Source: the human T2T-CHM13v2.0 reference genome, Homo sapiens. From it: a stretch of DNA of 64,000 nucleotides. The DNA lies in assembly GCF_009914755.1 (NCBI RefSeq), contig NC_060938.1; one strand, 5' to 3'. The position numbers were made by a program, and so were the translations under genes. This document shows, in pieces, positions 29,275 through 50,064 of the stretch (within the stretch, counting starts at the first letter, position 1; the number at the start of each line of letters is the position of its first letter). The notes under the pieces are model-generated. The model saw only the letters and a program-made list of their open reading frames with translations. It was not told the origin of the DNA and made no database searches.

Positions 29275-29568
29275 CTGAGACGCCATTTTCGGCGGCGGGA
29301 GCGGCGCAGGCGGCCGAGCGGGACTGGCTGGGTCGGCTGGGCTGCTGGTGCGAGGAGCCGCGGGGCTGTGCTCGGCGGCCAAGGGGACAGCGCGTGGGTG
29401 GCCGAGGATGCTGCGGGGCGGTAGCTCCGGCGCCCCTCGCTGGTGACTGCTGCGCCGTGCCTCACACAGCCGAGGCGGGCTCGGCGCACAGTCGCTGCTC
29501 CGCGCTCGCGCCCGGCGGCGCTCCAGGTGCTGACAGCGCGAGAGAGCGCGGCCCTCAGGAGCAAGGCG
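29275..29568 (+). other. KLC1: KLC1 exon 1 (5' UTR; start approximate)
   Basis: Strong donor GCG|GTGAGT (GT at 29569-29570) inside the CpG island. TSS inferred from the GC-box and YY1 positions. Confidence 0.8.
29279..29289 (+). promoter_or_regulatory. YY1 motif at or near the TSS
   Basis: GACGCCATTTT matches the YY1 consensus, which is typically found at or just after TSSs. Confidence 0.65.
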
Positions 29569-31156
29569 GTGAGTCCCCGGCGTGCGCCCCGGACCGCGGC
29601 CCCCTCCTCATCCTCCGCCCCGTCCCTGTCCCGCTCCTCTTCGGACCCGCCCCGGCCGCAACTCTGTCCCCATCCAGGCCTCCTTCCCGGTTTGGGTCCC
29701 GGCCCCTCTCCGTTCCCACCCCGGTACCCGCCCCAGTTCACCGCCCCGGCCGGTCCGCGACCCCTTCCAGGTTCAGGTCGGGTTCTTGTCCCCGGCCCTT
29801 TTGCCAGCCCCGGCTCCCGGCGCCGCGCGTCCTCCCCATCCGCGTCCCACTGCAGGTTCCGGTCCCCGGCCCTGCCCAGGGCCCCGCCCTGGCCCCGCAT
29901 CCCCGGCTTGGCCCTGCTGCGGGCGGCGGCGGCCGTTCCCGGGGACAGCTGTGGACCCCGGGAACCCGCGACAGGGGAGGTGGCTGACCCCGGGATCGCG
30001 GCGGGCGGGGAGGCCGGAGGCCCGGCGGGGCTGGCTTTGTCCGATTCCTCCTCTTCCTTCCACCCCCGCCTCTCCCGGCACCGCCCTGAGCGGACGCGCC
30101 TGTCATTCTCGCGGGCGGCGGGGGGCCGGGTCCCTCCCGAGAGCTGGCTCCGCTTTGCCTCCTTGGCGACCCCTTATTTTCAGTAACCAGATGCGAAACG
30201 TTTCAGGCGACCCTGTTCACCTAGGCTGGCGTTGCTCCAACTAAACTTGAAGCAGCCTCCGTCCTGGAATGCTTTTTCCATGTAAAATTGGGTGCACCCT
30301 TTTCCTTAAGAAAATTAAAATAAAGCGTAAAAGTAGTGAAATTAATGCGTGATGGAGTGGATGGTTTTATAACTTAACATTTGTAGGTCATTTCTAGGTA
30401 TATTTGTATTAGAATTGTTGCTGCCTGTTACTGTTTTATTATTTAAATGAATTAAGAATTTACATATTAAGCGTTTGAAAAGGAATACTTACAAAAATGA
30501 TGTTTTTTAAAAATGTGAGAACAAAAAATTTGAGATATACTATTTCAGGTGTTCTGTAAAAGGGCAGTTAGAGCTTTGATTCTTTGCATTAGTTAAATCC
30601 CAAGGCCTTTTTTTTTGGTACGGCATGACTAAGCCATTGATCAGAATCAGCTCGGAATACATTGCACTAGTTTAGTGAAAAACACTTTAGAAAACTGGAA
30701 GAACCTCCTGAAGTTATATTACAGACATGGCCTTGCTTCTTTCAGGGATTGTCAGCAAGCCTGTTATGGTGAGAAATTTGACCTATTGCTCTGTTTCCTA
30801 AATATTTGTAGGAATACAATGATACTAAGTATGAAGTATATTTCAACTTGTATGGAATTCTGTGTGGGAGGGTAGGCACTCTAAAGAGCCAGTGTCTCTC
30901 CAAGTCATCAAAGAATGCAGCATCATGTTGCAGTTGAGCCTGGCAGCCCTGTCTGGCACTGAGTGCTGTGGAGGACCCAGGTGGTAACCTCTAACCCTAC
31001 TGCAGCCTTGGCATTGTCTTAGAGAAAAGCATCCAGACATGCACAGGACTCTGGACAGCGTTTATCTCCAGCAAGGGGGGAGGGAATGACACTGGGGAGA
31101 GGCACACAGTATCTTCAGTATTTCATAGCAAATAACTGCAGTCGTTTAAACTTACA

Positions 31157-31454
31157 CATTTTTTTTTTTTTTGAGATGGAGTCTCGCTCTGTCGCCCGGG
31201 CTGGAGTGTAGTGGCGCGATCTCGGCTCACTGCAAGCTCCGCCTCCCGGGTTCACGCCATTCTCCTGCCTCAACCTACTGAGTAGCTGGGACCACAGGCG
31301 CCCGCCACCACGCCCAGTTAATTTTTTGTATTTTTAGTAGAGATGGGGTTTCAACATGTTAGCCAGGTTGGTCTTGATCTCCTGACCTCGTGATCCGCCC
31401 ACCTCGGCCTCCCAAAGTGCTGGGATTACAGGCGTGAGCCACCGCACCTGGCCC
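31157..31454 (-). mobile_element. AluY-type element in intron 1
   Basis: AluY-like sequence; degenerate TSD aaacttacacattttt / aaatttatacattttt. Confidence 0.9.
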
Positions 31455-31621
31455 AAATTTATACATTTTTAAAATTTATACATTCTTAGGCATGTTTCTC
31501 AATGTTGGAAAAAAGTCAATGTGTAACTTTCTGTATAGGGCCATAAATTATCTTAAAACATACTTGTATAAAAAGAAACCTAGGATAGAAAAATCAAAAG
31601 TTGAGTGAAATGTATGATTAG

Positions 31622-31939
<318 letters not shown>

Positions 31940-32688
31940 TAGGGTTACAGGTGTGAGCCATTGCACCTGGGCTGAAACCAGTATTTTATGTAGCAAAGAA
32001 ATGATCAGTAATATACTCAAGACGAGAGTATTTGGGAAGATTTAAGTGTCAAATTTCAGGGCATAGAATAAAAGTGACAAGCACATTAAGATTGCAAATA
32101 CTGGTCTTAAATGTCTGTTGGGAACCAACTGAATGGCAGGTACTGTGCTGAGTAGTCAGCGATACCTTGATAAAAGAGCCACTGTTGGCCGGGCGTGGTC
32201 ATGCCTGTAATCTTAACTCTTTGGGAGGCTGAGGCTGCAGATCGCCCCTAGCTCTTTGGGAGGCCGAGGCAGGTGGATCACCTGAGGTCAGGAGTTTAAG
32301 ACCAGCCTGGCCAACATGGTGAAACCCCGTCCCTACCAAAAATACAAAAATTAGCCAGGTGTGGTGGTGCACACCTGTAATTCCAGCTACTCATGAGGCT
32401 GAGGAAGGAGAATCGCTTGAACCGGGAAGTGGAGGTTGTAGTGAGCCGAGATCACGTCACTGCAGTCCAGCCAGACTCCGTCTCAAAACAAACAAAAAGA
32501 GCCGCTGTCAGCCGTGCAGTGGCTCACTCCTGTAATCCCAGCACTTTGGGAGGCCAAGATGGACCGATCACCTGAGGTCAGGAGTTTGAGACCCGCCTGG
32601 ACAACATGGTGAAACCCTGTCTCTACTAAAAATACAAAAAAAACCAAAACCGGGTGTGGTGGCGGGTGCCTCTAATCGCAGCTACTCA

Positions 32689-32793
<105 letters not shown>

Positions 32794-33111
32794 TCAAAAA
32801 AAATAAAACCAAAAAACAAAAAAACTCTGTCCTCTAGGAGCTCACAGGCTGGCATGGGCAGGTACCACAGACCAGGTTAAAGGCTGTGGAGTGCACTGAG
32901 GAGGCGATTCTTCACAAAAGAAAAGTACCAATCAGCCAGTGTCAGGGGGTCAGGGGTGGGATTGGGATTGGGGTTCCTGCTTGGAGGAAATAAATCCTGA
33001 GGTTGTGCTGCTGTAAAGGGGCATGTTGGGAAGGGGACATGGGAGTGAGTGTGGAAAGACGAGGTTAGGAAAGGCCTTGAATGACTTCTTAGAAGTCTGC
33101 TTTCATTCTGA

Positions 33112-33336
<225 letters not shown>

Positions 33337-33843
33337 TAGCCAGGATGGTCTCCATCTCCTGACCTCGTGATCCGCCCGCCTTGGCCTCTCAAAGTGCTGG
33401 GATTACAGGCGTGAGCCACCGCGCCTGGCCGGAGGGTTGGAAGATTCTGAGGAGCCAGTTGCCACTTTAGAAAGAGCATAGGCAGTGGTGGGGCAGGTGC
33501 TGTGAACTGGGATGAGGTTAATTAGGAAGCCATTAACCCCAACTCGGCAAGCCTCAGGATTAGGGCAGTGACAGAAGGAACAGAGAAGCTAGGTGGGGGC
33601 AGGGGCTGGGCTGTAAGGGTTATAGTGGAGCTGATTTGGGGCTGACTGGATTGGGGTAAATGAGGAGCTGCAGGGAGGACTCCCCAGAATGATCCTGTGA
33701 AAACCTGAGTCACTCCTCTGTTAAAGCTTTTGTCAGTGTCCTCTGAGCACCCCACCCTGTCTCTTTTCATCTTCCTGCTCTGGCCCTACTCAAGCACTTC
33801 CAGGTGCATCTGGAGTTCTGAACCAAACCCATTCTTGTAGTGA

Positions 33844-34384
<541 letters not shown>

Positions 34385-35502
34385 TGAAGGAATGCATCTA
34401 GAATGATCCTCATCTCTAATTTGGGTGATTCACTGGCTGGTGACACTCATCCAAGGAGGGAAAATGGGAGAAGGATGAGATTATGAGTTTGTTTTTGGAC
34501 ATGTTAAATCTGAAGTGCTTGTGGGGCAGCCAAGTGGACTAGTGGGCAGTTAGAGATACATCTTTGGAGCTCAAGACAGAGGCTGAGGCTGGAGGTAAAG
34601 ATTCCAGAGACTGCATCATATCGTTGAGCCAGTCGGGTGTGATGTCCATCTGGTAGAGATGGGGAGTGGGTCTAAGAGGAGAGGGTCCTGGGAAACCAAG
34701 AGAAGAGGAGGGAGGAGATCAGTAGCAAATTGGCTAAGAAGTCAGTGATGGGTTGGACTGAGAAGTCTCTATGGATTTTGCTTCTAGGAGGTTACTAATG
34801 ACCTTTAACTTTTTTTTTTTTAAATATAGTTTATGTAGAGACGGGGGTCTCACTGTGTTTCCCAGGCTGGTCTCGAATTCCTGGGCTCAAGCCATCTGCC
34901 TGCCGTGGCCTCCCAAAGTGTCGGGATTACAGGTTTGAGCCACTGCACCCGGCCTGTTGCCTGTTTCCTGAGAATATTACCTCTTAAGGATGGAGGCTAT
35001 TTCGAGATGATCTTCATTCGTTCTCCCAAGGCATCCTTTGTGGCGTTGTACTCTGTAGCCTCCTAGTTAGTATACTCATGGATCAGAAATGAATTATGAT
35101 TTTTTTTTAGTTTTAACTAATTTTTGGAGGCAGATGAAAGCAGTTTGCATATATGCTTTTTGAATTTGAAAAGTGCTATCTGAACTTAAAGCAACGGATA
35201 TGGAGCAAACATGTTAAGCTGAGTTACGTGCATACGTGAACTGAGTTACTTCCTTGGTTCTAAAATATCTGTTACCTTCATTTAAACCATAGATTGTTCC
35301 CTGACTTCAGTTGCATAACATAAATTTATGTTCAGGCTTCTCTGAAGTTCACTATGCTGCTACTAAAACTGATCAGAGTGATGTTTGCACTGTTCCAGAG
35401 AAAATAGGTACTGTAAACCCTGCGGATGTCATATGTGTCTGTAGTTTCAGTTACTCCGAAGGCTGAGGTGGGAGAATCAGTTGAGCCCAGGAGTTCAAAC
35501 TA

Positions 35503-35661
<159 letters not shown>

Positions 35662-36314
35662 CTACTAAAAATATAAAATTAGCCGCGTGTGGTAGTATGC
35701 TTCTGTAGTCCCGGGTATTTGGGAAGCTGAGGTAGGAGAATCACTTGAACCCGGGAGGCGGAGGTTGCAGTGAGCCAGATCGAGCCACGGCACTCCAGCC
35801 TGGGCGACAGAGTGAGACTCCCATCTCAAAAAGAAAAAAAAAAAGTAAAATAGGTACTGTTACTGAGATTCTACTGTTGAGGAATTTGAGGGTGAGAGAG
35901 GGGAAGTTTCAGAAACCAAAGTTACACAGCTGTGAAGTCAAGATTCTAACTCAGTTTTTTTGCTTCGCGGTATAAGCTTTGAATCACCTTGCAGTACTTA
36001 AAGCTGCAGCTTCAAGTGAATCATGATAATGCTGTTTAATCCTATCATTACTTTTTCTTGGGGAAACCTCGCGCCACTTCAATTTTTTTCAAAGATGTAC
36101 CATTTTAACCATTTAAAAGTTCACAATTCAGTAGTGTTAAGGATATGCACATCGTTGTTCCACATTTCTGGAACTCTTTCATCTGGCAGCGCTGAGACTG
36201 TAGCCCCCAAATACTGATATCTCCTCCTCCCTCGCCCTCCCCCGGTAACCATCTTTTCTACTTTGTTTCTATGATTTTGACTACTTTCAATACTTTATTT
36301 TTTATTTTTTTTGA

Positions 36315-36419
<105 letters not shown>

Positions 36420-36782
36420 TGAGTATCTGGGATTACAGTCATGGGCCACCATGCCGGGCTAATTTTGTATTTTTAGTAGAGATGGGTTTCTCCATGTTGG
36501 TCAGGCTGGTCTTAAACTCCTGACCTCAGGTGATCACCCCCCATCGGCCTCCCAAAGTGTTGGGATTACAGGCGTGAGCCACCGTGCCCGGCCTTGCCTG
36601 TCTTTTTCATCTGAGCCATTCTAGCGGGGTATAGTGGCATCTTGTTAGTTTTAATGTGCATTTCACTGATGACTCATAATGGTGAGCGCTTACATGCTTG
36701 TCGGTCTTTGTATGCCTGGATTTGTAAAGTGTCTGTTCAAGACTTTTGCCCATTTAAAAAATTGGATTGTTTGTATTTTTAA

Positions 36783-37031
<249 letters not shown>

Positions 37032-37386
37032 TGACCTCGTGATCCGCCCGTCTTGGCCTCCCAAAGTGCTGGTATTAACAGGCGTGAGCCACCACGCCCA
37101 GCAGTTCCTTACATGTTTTTTTTTTTTCAGATGGAGTCTTGCTCTTGCTCTATTGCCCAGGCTGACGTATTTTTTATACAAGCCGTTTGCCAGATATATA
37201 TGTGTCGCAAATATTTTTTCCTAATCTATGGCTTAACTTTATTTTTTGGTAGTGCCTTTTAATAAATCAATACTTTTAATTTTTCTTAACCATGCTCTGG
37301 CAAGTTTTATTAAAGAAATTTTCGGCTGGGCGCGGTGGCTCACACCTATAATCCCAGCACTTTCGGAGGCCGAGGCGGGTGGATCA

Positions 37387-37681
<295 letters not shown>

Positions 37682-38787
37682 TTAATTCTGAAAGCATATC
37701 TATAAATAAGTCACCCAAAGGCCAAATAGATGCATTTGTTTTGTCTGGTTGTTAATGTTTTCTTTTTAAAAAAATATTTATGTATTTATTTAATTTTTGA
37801 GACAGGATCTTGCTCTGTTGCCTAGGTTGGAGTGCAGTGTCACAGTCGTGGCTCAGTGCAGCCTCGTGTTCAAGTGATCGTCCCACCTCAGCCCCTGAAG
37901 TAGCTGGGACTACATGTGCGCACCACCATGACCGGCTTGTTTTTTGTAGAGACAGGGTTTCATGGCATTGCCCTGGCTAGTCTTTAACTTCTGGGCTCAA
38001 ATGATCTGCTCTCCTTGGCCTCCCAAAGTGCTGGGATTACAGACGTAAGCCACTATGCTGGGCCACCAAGATACTATTTATTTCCCTGAATATGACGTGG
38101 ACTGTTCCTGTAGGCTGGTCCCTTCACCTCAGGACCCTCTTTGCTGGTATTGTTTGGGGCTTCTGCGCCTGTATATGGGGATGGGACCTGACCCTGCTGA
38201 TCTGGCCAGCACTGCCAGGGTTTCCTGTTGCCCATCTCTCGGTAAAACATCCCTTATAAACCTTTGCAAGGAAAAAACCTCTGTTTTCTTCCCTCCATCC
38301 CATTTTTCCTTAATGTGCTACCCTCGTCTGTATTCATAGGAACTTTATTTAACACTTGAGAACTGAGAGTAATTGACATTTCTTTCTTGGCTGTCCTTCA
38401 TTCTGTGCACCCAGACCTATTGCTTTTTCTACCACATTCTTTTTCTCTTTTAGAAAATTGAAATGTAAGTCACATCACATCAAATGCCCCATTTTGAAGT
38501 GTGCAGTGCAGTGATTTTTAATGTATTCTCTGTTTTGTGCAACTACCATCTATCTAATTCCACACATTCCTTTTCCCTTTTTAGTGCTTGGTGTTTTTTT
38601 TTTTTCTTAACTTTCTTCATCACTGTAAGCTTTCCCCACCTGGCTGAATTTCACATGATAAAACCAGGGGAGGTAAAGTGACCAAAGATGATGCCCTTTG
38701 CTTCTCTGGCCTTTGCTTTCATTTCATTAATTTTTTTTTTTTTTTTTTTTGAGTCAGAGTCTCGCTCTGTCACCCAGGCTGGAGTCT

Positions 38788-38996
38788 GGGTGTATATGTA
38801 TGAACACAGTGGGGTGTGTGGGTGTGTGTGAACATAGTGGTGTGTATGTATGAACACAGTGGGGGTGTGTGTGCGTGAGCACAGTGGTGTGTGTATGTAT
38901 GAACATAGGGGTGTGTGTGAGCACAGTGGTGCATATGTATGAACATAGGGTGTATGTGTGTGAGCACAAGGGTGTGTGTGTGTGTGTGCGTGCATG
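38788..38996. repeat. TG-rich degenerate minisatellite (~20-bp units, tgtgtatgtatgaaca / tgtgtgtgagcacag)
   Basis: About 10 units, each ending in TGAACA or TGAGCA, then a pure (TG)n run. Confidence 0.9.
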
Positions 38997-39225
38997 CAGA
39001 GTGGTAGGGTTCCTGAAGCAGAGGGACACTTGGGGCAAAGAGACCTTGGATTGTGTTCTTCTTGTTGGTAGAATAAGCTTAAATCACTTCATGTATCCCA
39101 GTTTCCTCAGCTGTAAATGGGAATTATAATGATAGGTCATCAAACTACCTGCAGACTTTTTTTGTTGTTATTTCGATAAAATATTACACATTTGAAAATG
39201 CTCCCAAAACTAACATATTGGACAG

Positions 39226-40742
<1,517 letters not shown>

Positions 40743-40879
40743 AATATACATATTGTATGTATACTTTTTTGGTTTTGTTTTTATCAAGTTATATATGTAT
40801 TTTGTATTTATGTGTAGATTTGAAAATAAACTTTTAATTTTAGAATAGTTACAGATTTACAGAAAAGTTGCAAAGATAG

Positions 40880-41311
<432 letters not shown>

Positions 41312-41453
41312 TGAACTCCACTTTATTTGGTATCACTGGTTTTTCCCTTGTCCTTGTTGTACCTCAGGATCCCATCCAAGATACCATATCACATTTAGTC
41401 ATCATGCCTCCTGCTCTGTGGCTGTTTTCTTAGACTTCCTTGCATTAGAGGAC

Positions 41454-42453
<1,000 letters not shown>

Positions 42454-43518
42454 ATAACCTTGATAGTTTTGAGACGTATGGGCAAGGTATTTTGTACAAT
42501 GTCCTTAAATTTGGGTTTGTCTTGATATTTTTCCCATGGTTAAGTCAGGGTTATGAGTTTTTAGGAGAAAGACTACTGGCTCCCAGTTTTGGATTCTGAT
42601 TCCATTGTACCAAAACAAATCAGAACTCTTTGGAGTAATGGGTGATTCTAGGGCTGGGGCAGGGAAAATATAAGATGAGCCTGAAGCTTCTTCTAGTGTT
42701 TGAATGTAAGGATATGCTAAAAAACAAAGGGATGGGAACATGAAGAAGGGACACAGGAACCAACTGAAAGAGCTCCCATTGACAAAAGCTGGAACAACTT
42801 GAACAATAAAATAAATAATATAGTTTTTTGGTTTTTTGGTTTTTTTTTTTTTTTTGAGACGGAGTCTCACTCTGTTGCCCAGGCTGGAGTGCAGTGGCGT
42901 GATCTCGGCTCACTGCAACCTCCACCTCCCAGGTTCAAGGCAATTCTCCTGTCTCAGCCTCCTGAGTTGCTGGGACAACAGGCGCACACCACCACGCCCG
43001 GCTAATTTTTTTGTATTTTTAGTAGAGACGGGGTTTCACCATTTTGGTCAGGTTGGTCTCCAACTCCTGACCTCAGGTAATCCACCCACCATGGCCTCCC
43101 AAAGTGTTGGGATTACAGGCATGAGCCTCCATGCCCAGCCAAGAATGTATTTTTAACAATTAGTATTTTACTTATCACCTAAAGTATAAAACAAATATCT
43201 GTAAGTCCATATTGATATAAATAATTACATTAATAAATGAGGAAAGAGACAAAGAATAGACTGATCTCCCTTAGAGAAGAATTCCAAATAATGGTAGATT
43301 CTTCCATCTTCCAGAGGGTCCTCTATAACTTTCCCCATCTCCTTGGAGTGTGGGCTGCACTTAGTGACTTGCTTCCTAAGAGTATGGAATGGGATGACTG
43401 TGTGTGGAGGTGGTGGTGATAATCTTACAGTGGCTAAACCTGCAAATGCTACCTGAGCCAGGTGGTCGAGGCTGATGTATTAGGTGTAAATCATGTTGGC
43501 ACGTGCCCTTGATAGAAT

Positions 43519-43715
43519 TGTTATGAAAAGATTCAAACCCTGTAAAATATTTGAAAAGATTTATTCTGAGCCAAATATGAGTGACCATGGCCCGTGACAC
43601 AGCCCTCAGGAAGTCCTGAGAACATGTGCCCAAGGTGGTCGGGGCACAGCTTGGTTTTATACATTTTAGAGAGGCATGAGACATCAATCAGATACATTTA
43701 AGAAATACATTGGTT
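43519..43715. mobile_element. MER4A-family ERV1 LTR fragment
   Basis: gatttattctgagccaaatatgagtgaccatggcccgtgacacagccctcagg..cttggttttatacattttag matches the recalled MER4A-type consensus. Confidence 0.7.
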
Positions 43716-44022
43716 GACCGGGCATGGTGGCTCACGCCTGTAATCCCAACACTTTGGAAGGCCAAGGCAGGCAGATCACTTGAGGTCAAGAGTTCCAGAC
43801 CAGCCTGGCCAATATGGTGAAACTCCGTCTCTACTAAAAATACAAAAATTAGCCTGGCGTGGTGGTGCATGCCTGTAATCCCAGCTACTCGGGAGGCTGA
43901 GTCAGGAGAATCACTTGAGCGCAGAAGGTGGAGGTTGCCTGGCCCGAAGGCATTTGTTTAATTTCCTTTTGCTTCCAATGTGGCTGTTAAGAAACCTAAA
44001 GTTGGCTGGGCACGGTGGCTCA

Positions 44023-44328
<306 letters not shown>

Positions 44329-44582
44329 CTACGTGACTTTTTTTTTTTGAGATGGAATCTCGCTTTGTCGCCCAGGCTGGAGTGCAGTGGCGTGATCTCG
44401 GCTCACTGCAACCTCCGCCTCCCGAGTTCAAGCAATTCTCTGCCTCAGCTTCCCGAGTAGCTGGGATTACAGGCTCCCGCCACCACACCCGGCTAATTTT
44501 TTTGTGTTTTTAGTAGAGATGGGCTTTCATCATATTGGCCAGACTGGTCTTGAACTCCTGACCTCCTGATCCACCCGCTTCA

Positions 44583-44801
<219 letters not shown>

Positions 44802-45069
44802 TTAAAAAGAAAAGAGAAGAGAAGAAAAAGAATATTCTCTTGTCACCAAAATATTTTAATTTTCTTAGGACAATTTTTTTGGGGGGTCAAGTTCTACCTT
44901 TAGAACAGTGCCTTGAATAAAGTAGAGGCTCAGTAAACATTTGAGGAATGGATGGATGTTACTCTTTTGGGGCTGGCCAGATTTCTTTCTTTAGTTCTGT
45001 TCTTTTCTGTTCTATTCTGTTCTTTTCCTTTTCTTTTCTTTCTCTCTCTCTTTCTTTCTTTTTCTTTGA

Positions 45070-45222
<153 letters not shown>

Positions 45223-45559
45223 TAGTAGAGTCGGGGTTTCTCCATGTTTGCTAGGCTGGTCTCGAACTCCCGACCTCAGGTGATCCGCCCGCCTCGGCCT
45301 CCCAAAGTGCTGGGACTACAGGCGGGAGCCACTGCGCCTGGCCTGGGGCTGGCCAGATTTCTCGGGAAAATTTGCCTGTCTTTTTTTTGGAGGCGAAGAC
45401 CTAGCTGCCCTACCAGGTCTACAAACCAAGTGGTGGCTGAGAGTTGGTCATCTCCCAGGTTCCCCCTGGTGCTGCCTAGCTCAGTTCTTCTGCAGCTCCC
45501 TGCCATGCTTGTAGTGGACATCGCAGTCGCACTTCTTAGTTTAAAGCATCCACCTAATG

Positions 45560-46210
<651 letters not shown>

Positions 46211-47254
46211 TTGTACAGAATTTGTCTATTGTAAATTTGTTAGTTTGCGTCATATCTATCAGGGAGTTAGTTAAAATTCCCAAGGCCTTCTCTTTTAGTC
46301 ATTAGTGTGACAGAGTAAGTAAAATATCACTCCTGTCATAAAGGACGAATTAAAAGGACAGTTTTAGTGTGTAATGAGAACTATTTTCTGAGACAGTCTT
46401 GCTTGCTCTGTCACCTACGCTGGAGTGCAGTGGCATGATCATAGCTCACGCAGCCTTGAACTCCTGGGCTCAAGCCATCTTCCCACTTCAGCCTCTCAAG
46501 TAGTTGGGAGTACAGGCACATACTACCATGCCCATCTAATTTTTAATTTTTTAATTAAAATATTATATGTATGCATATATATGTGTATATATACATATTT
46601 CAGACAAGGTCTCACTCTGTCACCCAGGCTGAAGTGCAGTGGCACAGTCATGGCTCACTGCAGCCGTGAACTGCAGACATGCATCTTTATGCCTAGCTAA
46701 TTTTTTTTCTTTCTTTTTTTTCTTTTTGAAAAGATGGGACCCCTCTATGTTGCCCAGTCTGGTCTTGAACCCCTGGGCTCAAACGATGTTTCTGCTTCAG
46801 CCTCCCAAGTAGCTGGGAGTACAAGCGTGTGCCACCATGCCTAGCTAATTTTTTTTGTTTTTTTGTAGAGATGGGGTCTTGCTGTCTTGCCTAGGCTGGT
46901 CTTGAATTCCTGGGTTCAAGGGATCCTCCCACCTCATCCTCCCAAAGTGCTGGGGTTACACACATCAGCCACAGTGTCCAGCATAAGAACTATTTCTATT
47001 TTTCATATTACCTCTGCTTGGATTACTTTAGAGGTAAAGCAACTGAATATACAAATTCATATTTATGTCTGGTGTTTTTGTCAGAGCTGAGTGGTAGAAC
47101 TTTCGTTGTAGTCTGTATATTAGGTTTTATTGCATGCCATCTCTTTTCAGTTACACGGGTACAAATCCTTACCTGTCAAGTAGGATGTTGAATAATACAA
47201 ACATGCTACAGTTACCCTGTCTATCCGAACTGTTAAGCCTTATTTCAAGTTTGA

Positions 47255-47419
<165 letters not shown>

Positions 47420-47598
47420 TGAGTAGCTGAGACTACAGGTGTGTGCCACCACACCCAGCTAATTTTTGTATTTTTTTTTTTACTAGAGATGGGGTTTTGC
47501 CATGTTGACCAGGCTGGTCTTGAACTCCTGACCTCAAGTAATCCGCCTGCCTGGGCCTCCCAAAGTGGTGGGATTACAGGGAGAGCCACTGTGCCTTA

Positions 47599-47973
<375 letters not shown>

Positions 47974-47996
47974 CTAATTTCTGTCCCAGTGGGTAG

Positions 47997-48375
<379 letters not shown>

Positions 48376-48688
48376 TTACAAAATGCTACAGACAGGATTT
48401 TAACATTTATTTTGATTTATTTTTTACTCCTGGCAAGTTGCGATACAGGTATTTAATCAGAGGTCCCAATGTGGAGCCTGACAGGATAGGTTCTTAACAT
48501 TCTCAATTTATGTCCTCAGAATGTGGTAGTACGAAAGAATGATTGAAGTAAATCTTTGGACTTGAGACTTGTGGCCTGGCATGGTGGCTCATGCCTGTAA
48601 TCGCAGCACTTTCGGAGGGTGAAGTGGACAGGTCACTTGAGCCTAGGAGTTGAAGGCCAGCCTCGGCAACATGGCAAGACCCTCTCTA

Positions 48689-48910
<222 letters not shown>

Positions 48911-48913
48911 TCA

Positions 48914-49243
<330 letters not shown>

Positions 49244-49753
49244 CTATACTCCTAGCTCCTTGGGAGACTGAAGGTGGGGAATTGCTTGAGTCTAGGAGTG
49301 CAAGTCCAGCCTGGGCAACATAGCAAGACCCCATCTCTAAAAGAAAGAGAAAAACATGAAAACCACAATACTATATAATTGCAAAAGTTGAGTCACTATC
49401 TAAAATAATGTAAACAAAATGAGTTCTAAAATAAAAATAACAATTATAGGGTTTTTTTGGTCTTCATTATGTTAGGTAGTGACTTACAGTCTGTAGACAC
49501 AGTACATAATTTGTTAGGGGCCTGGTGTGATAGCTCATACCCATATCTCCAGCACTTTGGGAGGCCAAGGTGGGAGGATCACTGGAGCCCAAGAGTTTTA
49601 GACCAGCCTGGGCAACATGGTGAGACCTCATCTCAAAAAAAAAAAAAAAAAAAAAAGAATTTGTTAGGTTTACTTGAATCCTGAGACTTTAAATTTAGTA
49701 GACTGTAATAGCTTTGCCTGTTGAACAATAGCCTTAAAGAGGTTTGACCCTAA

Positions 49754-50064
<311 letters not shown>

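Larger units (their letters stand above)
28280..30235. promoter_or_regulatory. KLC1: CpG island / KLC1 promoter
   Basis: Repeat-free, very GC- and CpG-rich stretch around exon 1; no TATA box seen. Confidence 0.93.

Noticed and set aside
28437-29987. 516-aa ORF and overlapping 220-247-aa ORFs on both strands
   Set aside because: Near-cognate starts and low-complexity G/R/P/A composition. They run through the promoter and across the exon 1 donor. This is the expected stop-codon depletion in a CpG island.
38651-39129. His/Thr/Pro-rich and Cys/Val-rich ORFs
   Set aside because: Translation of the TG/CA minisatellite.
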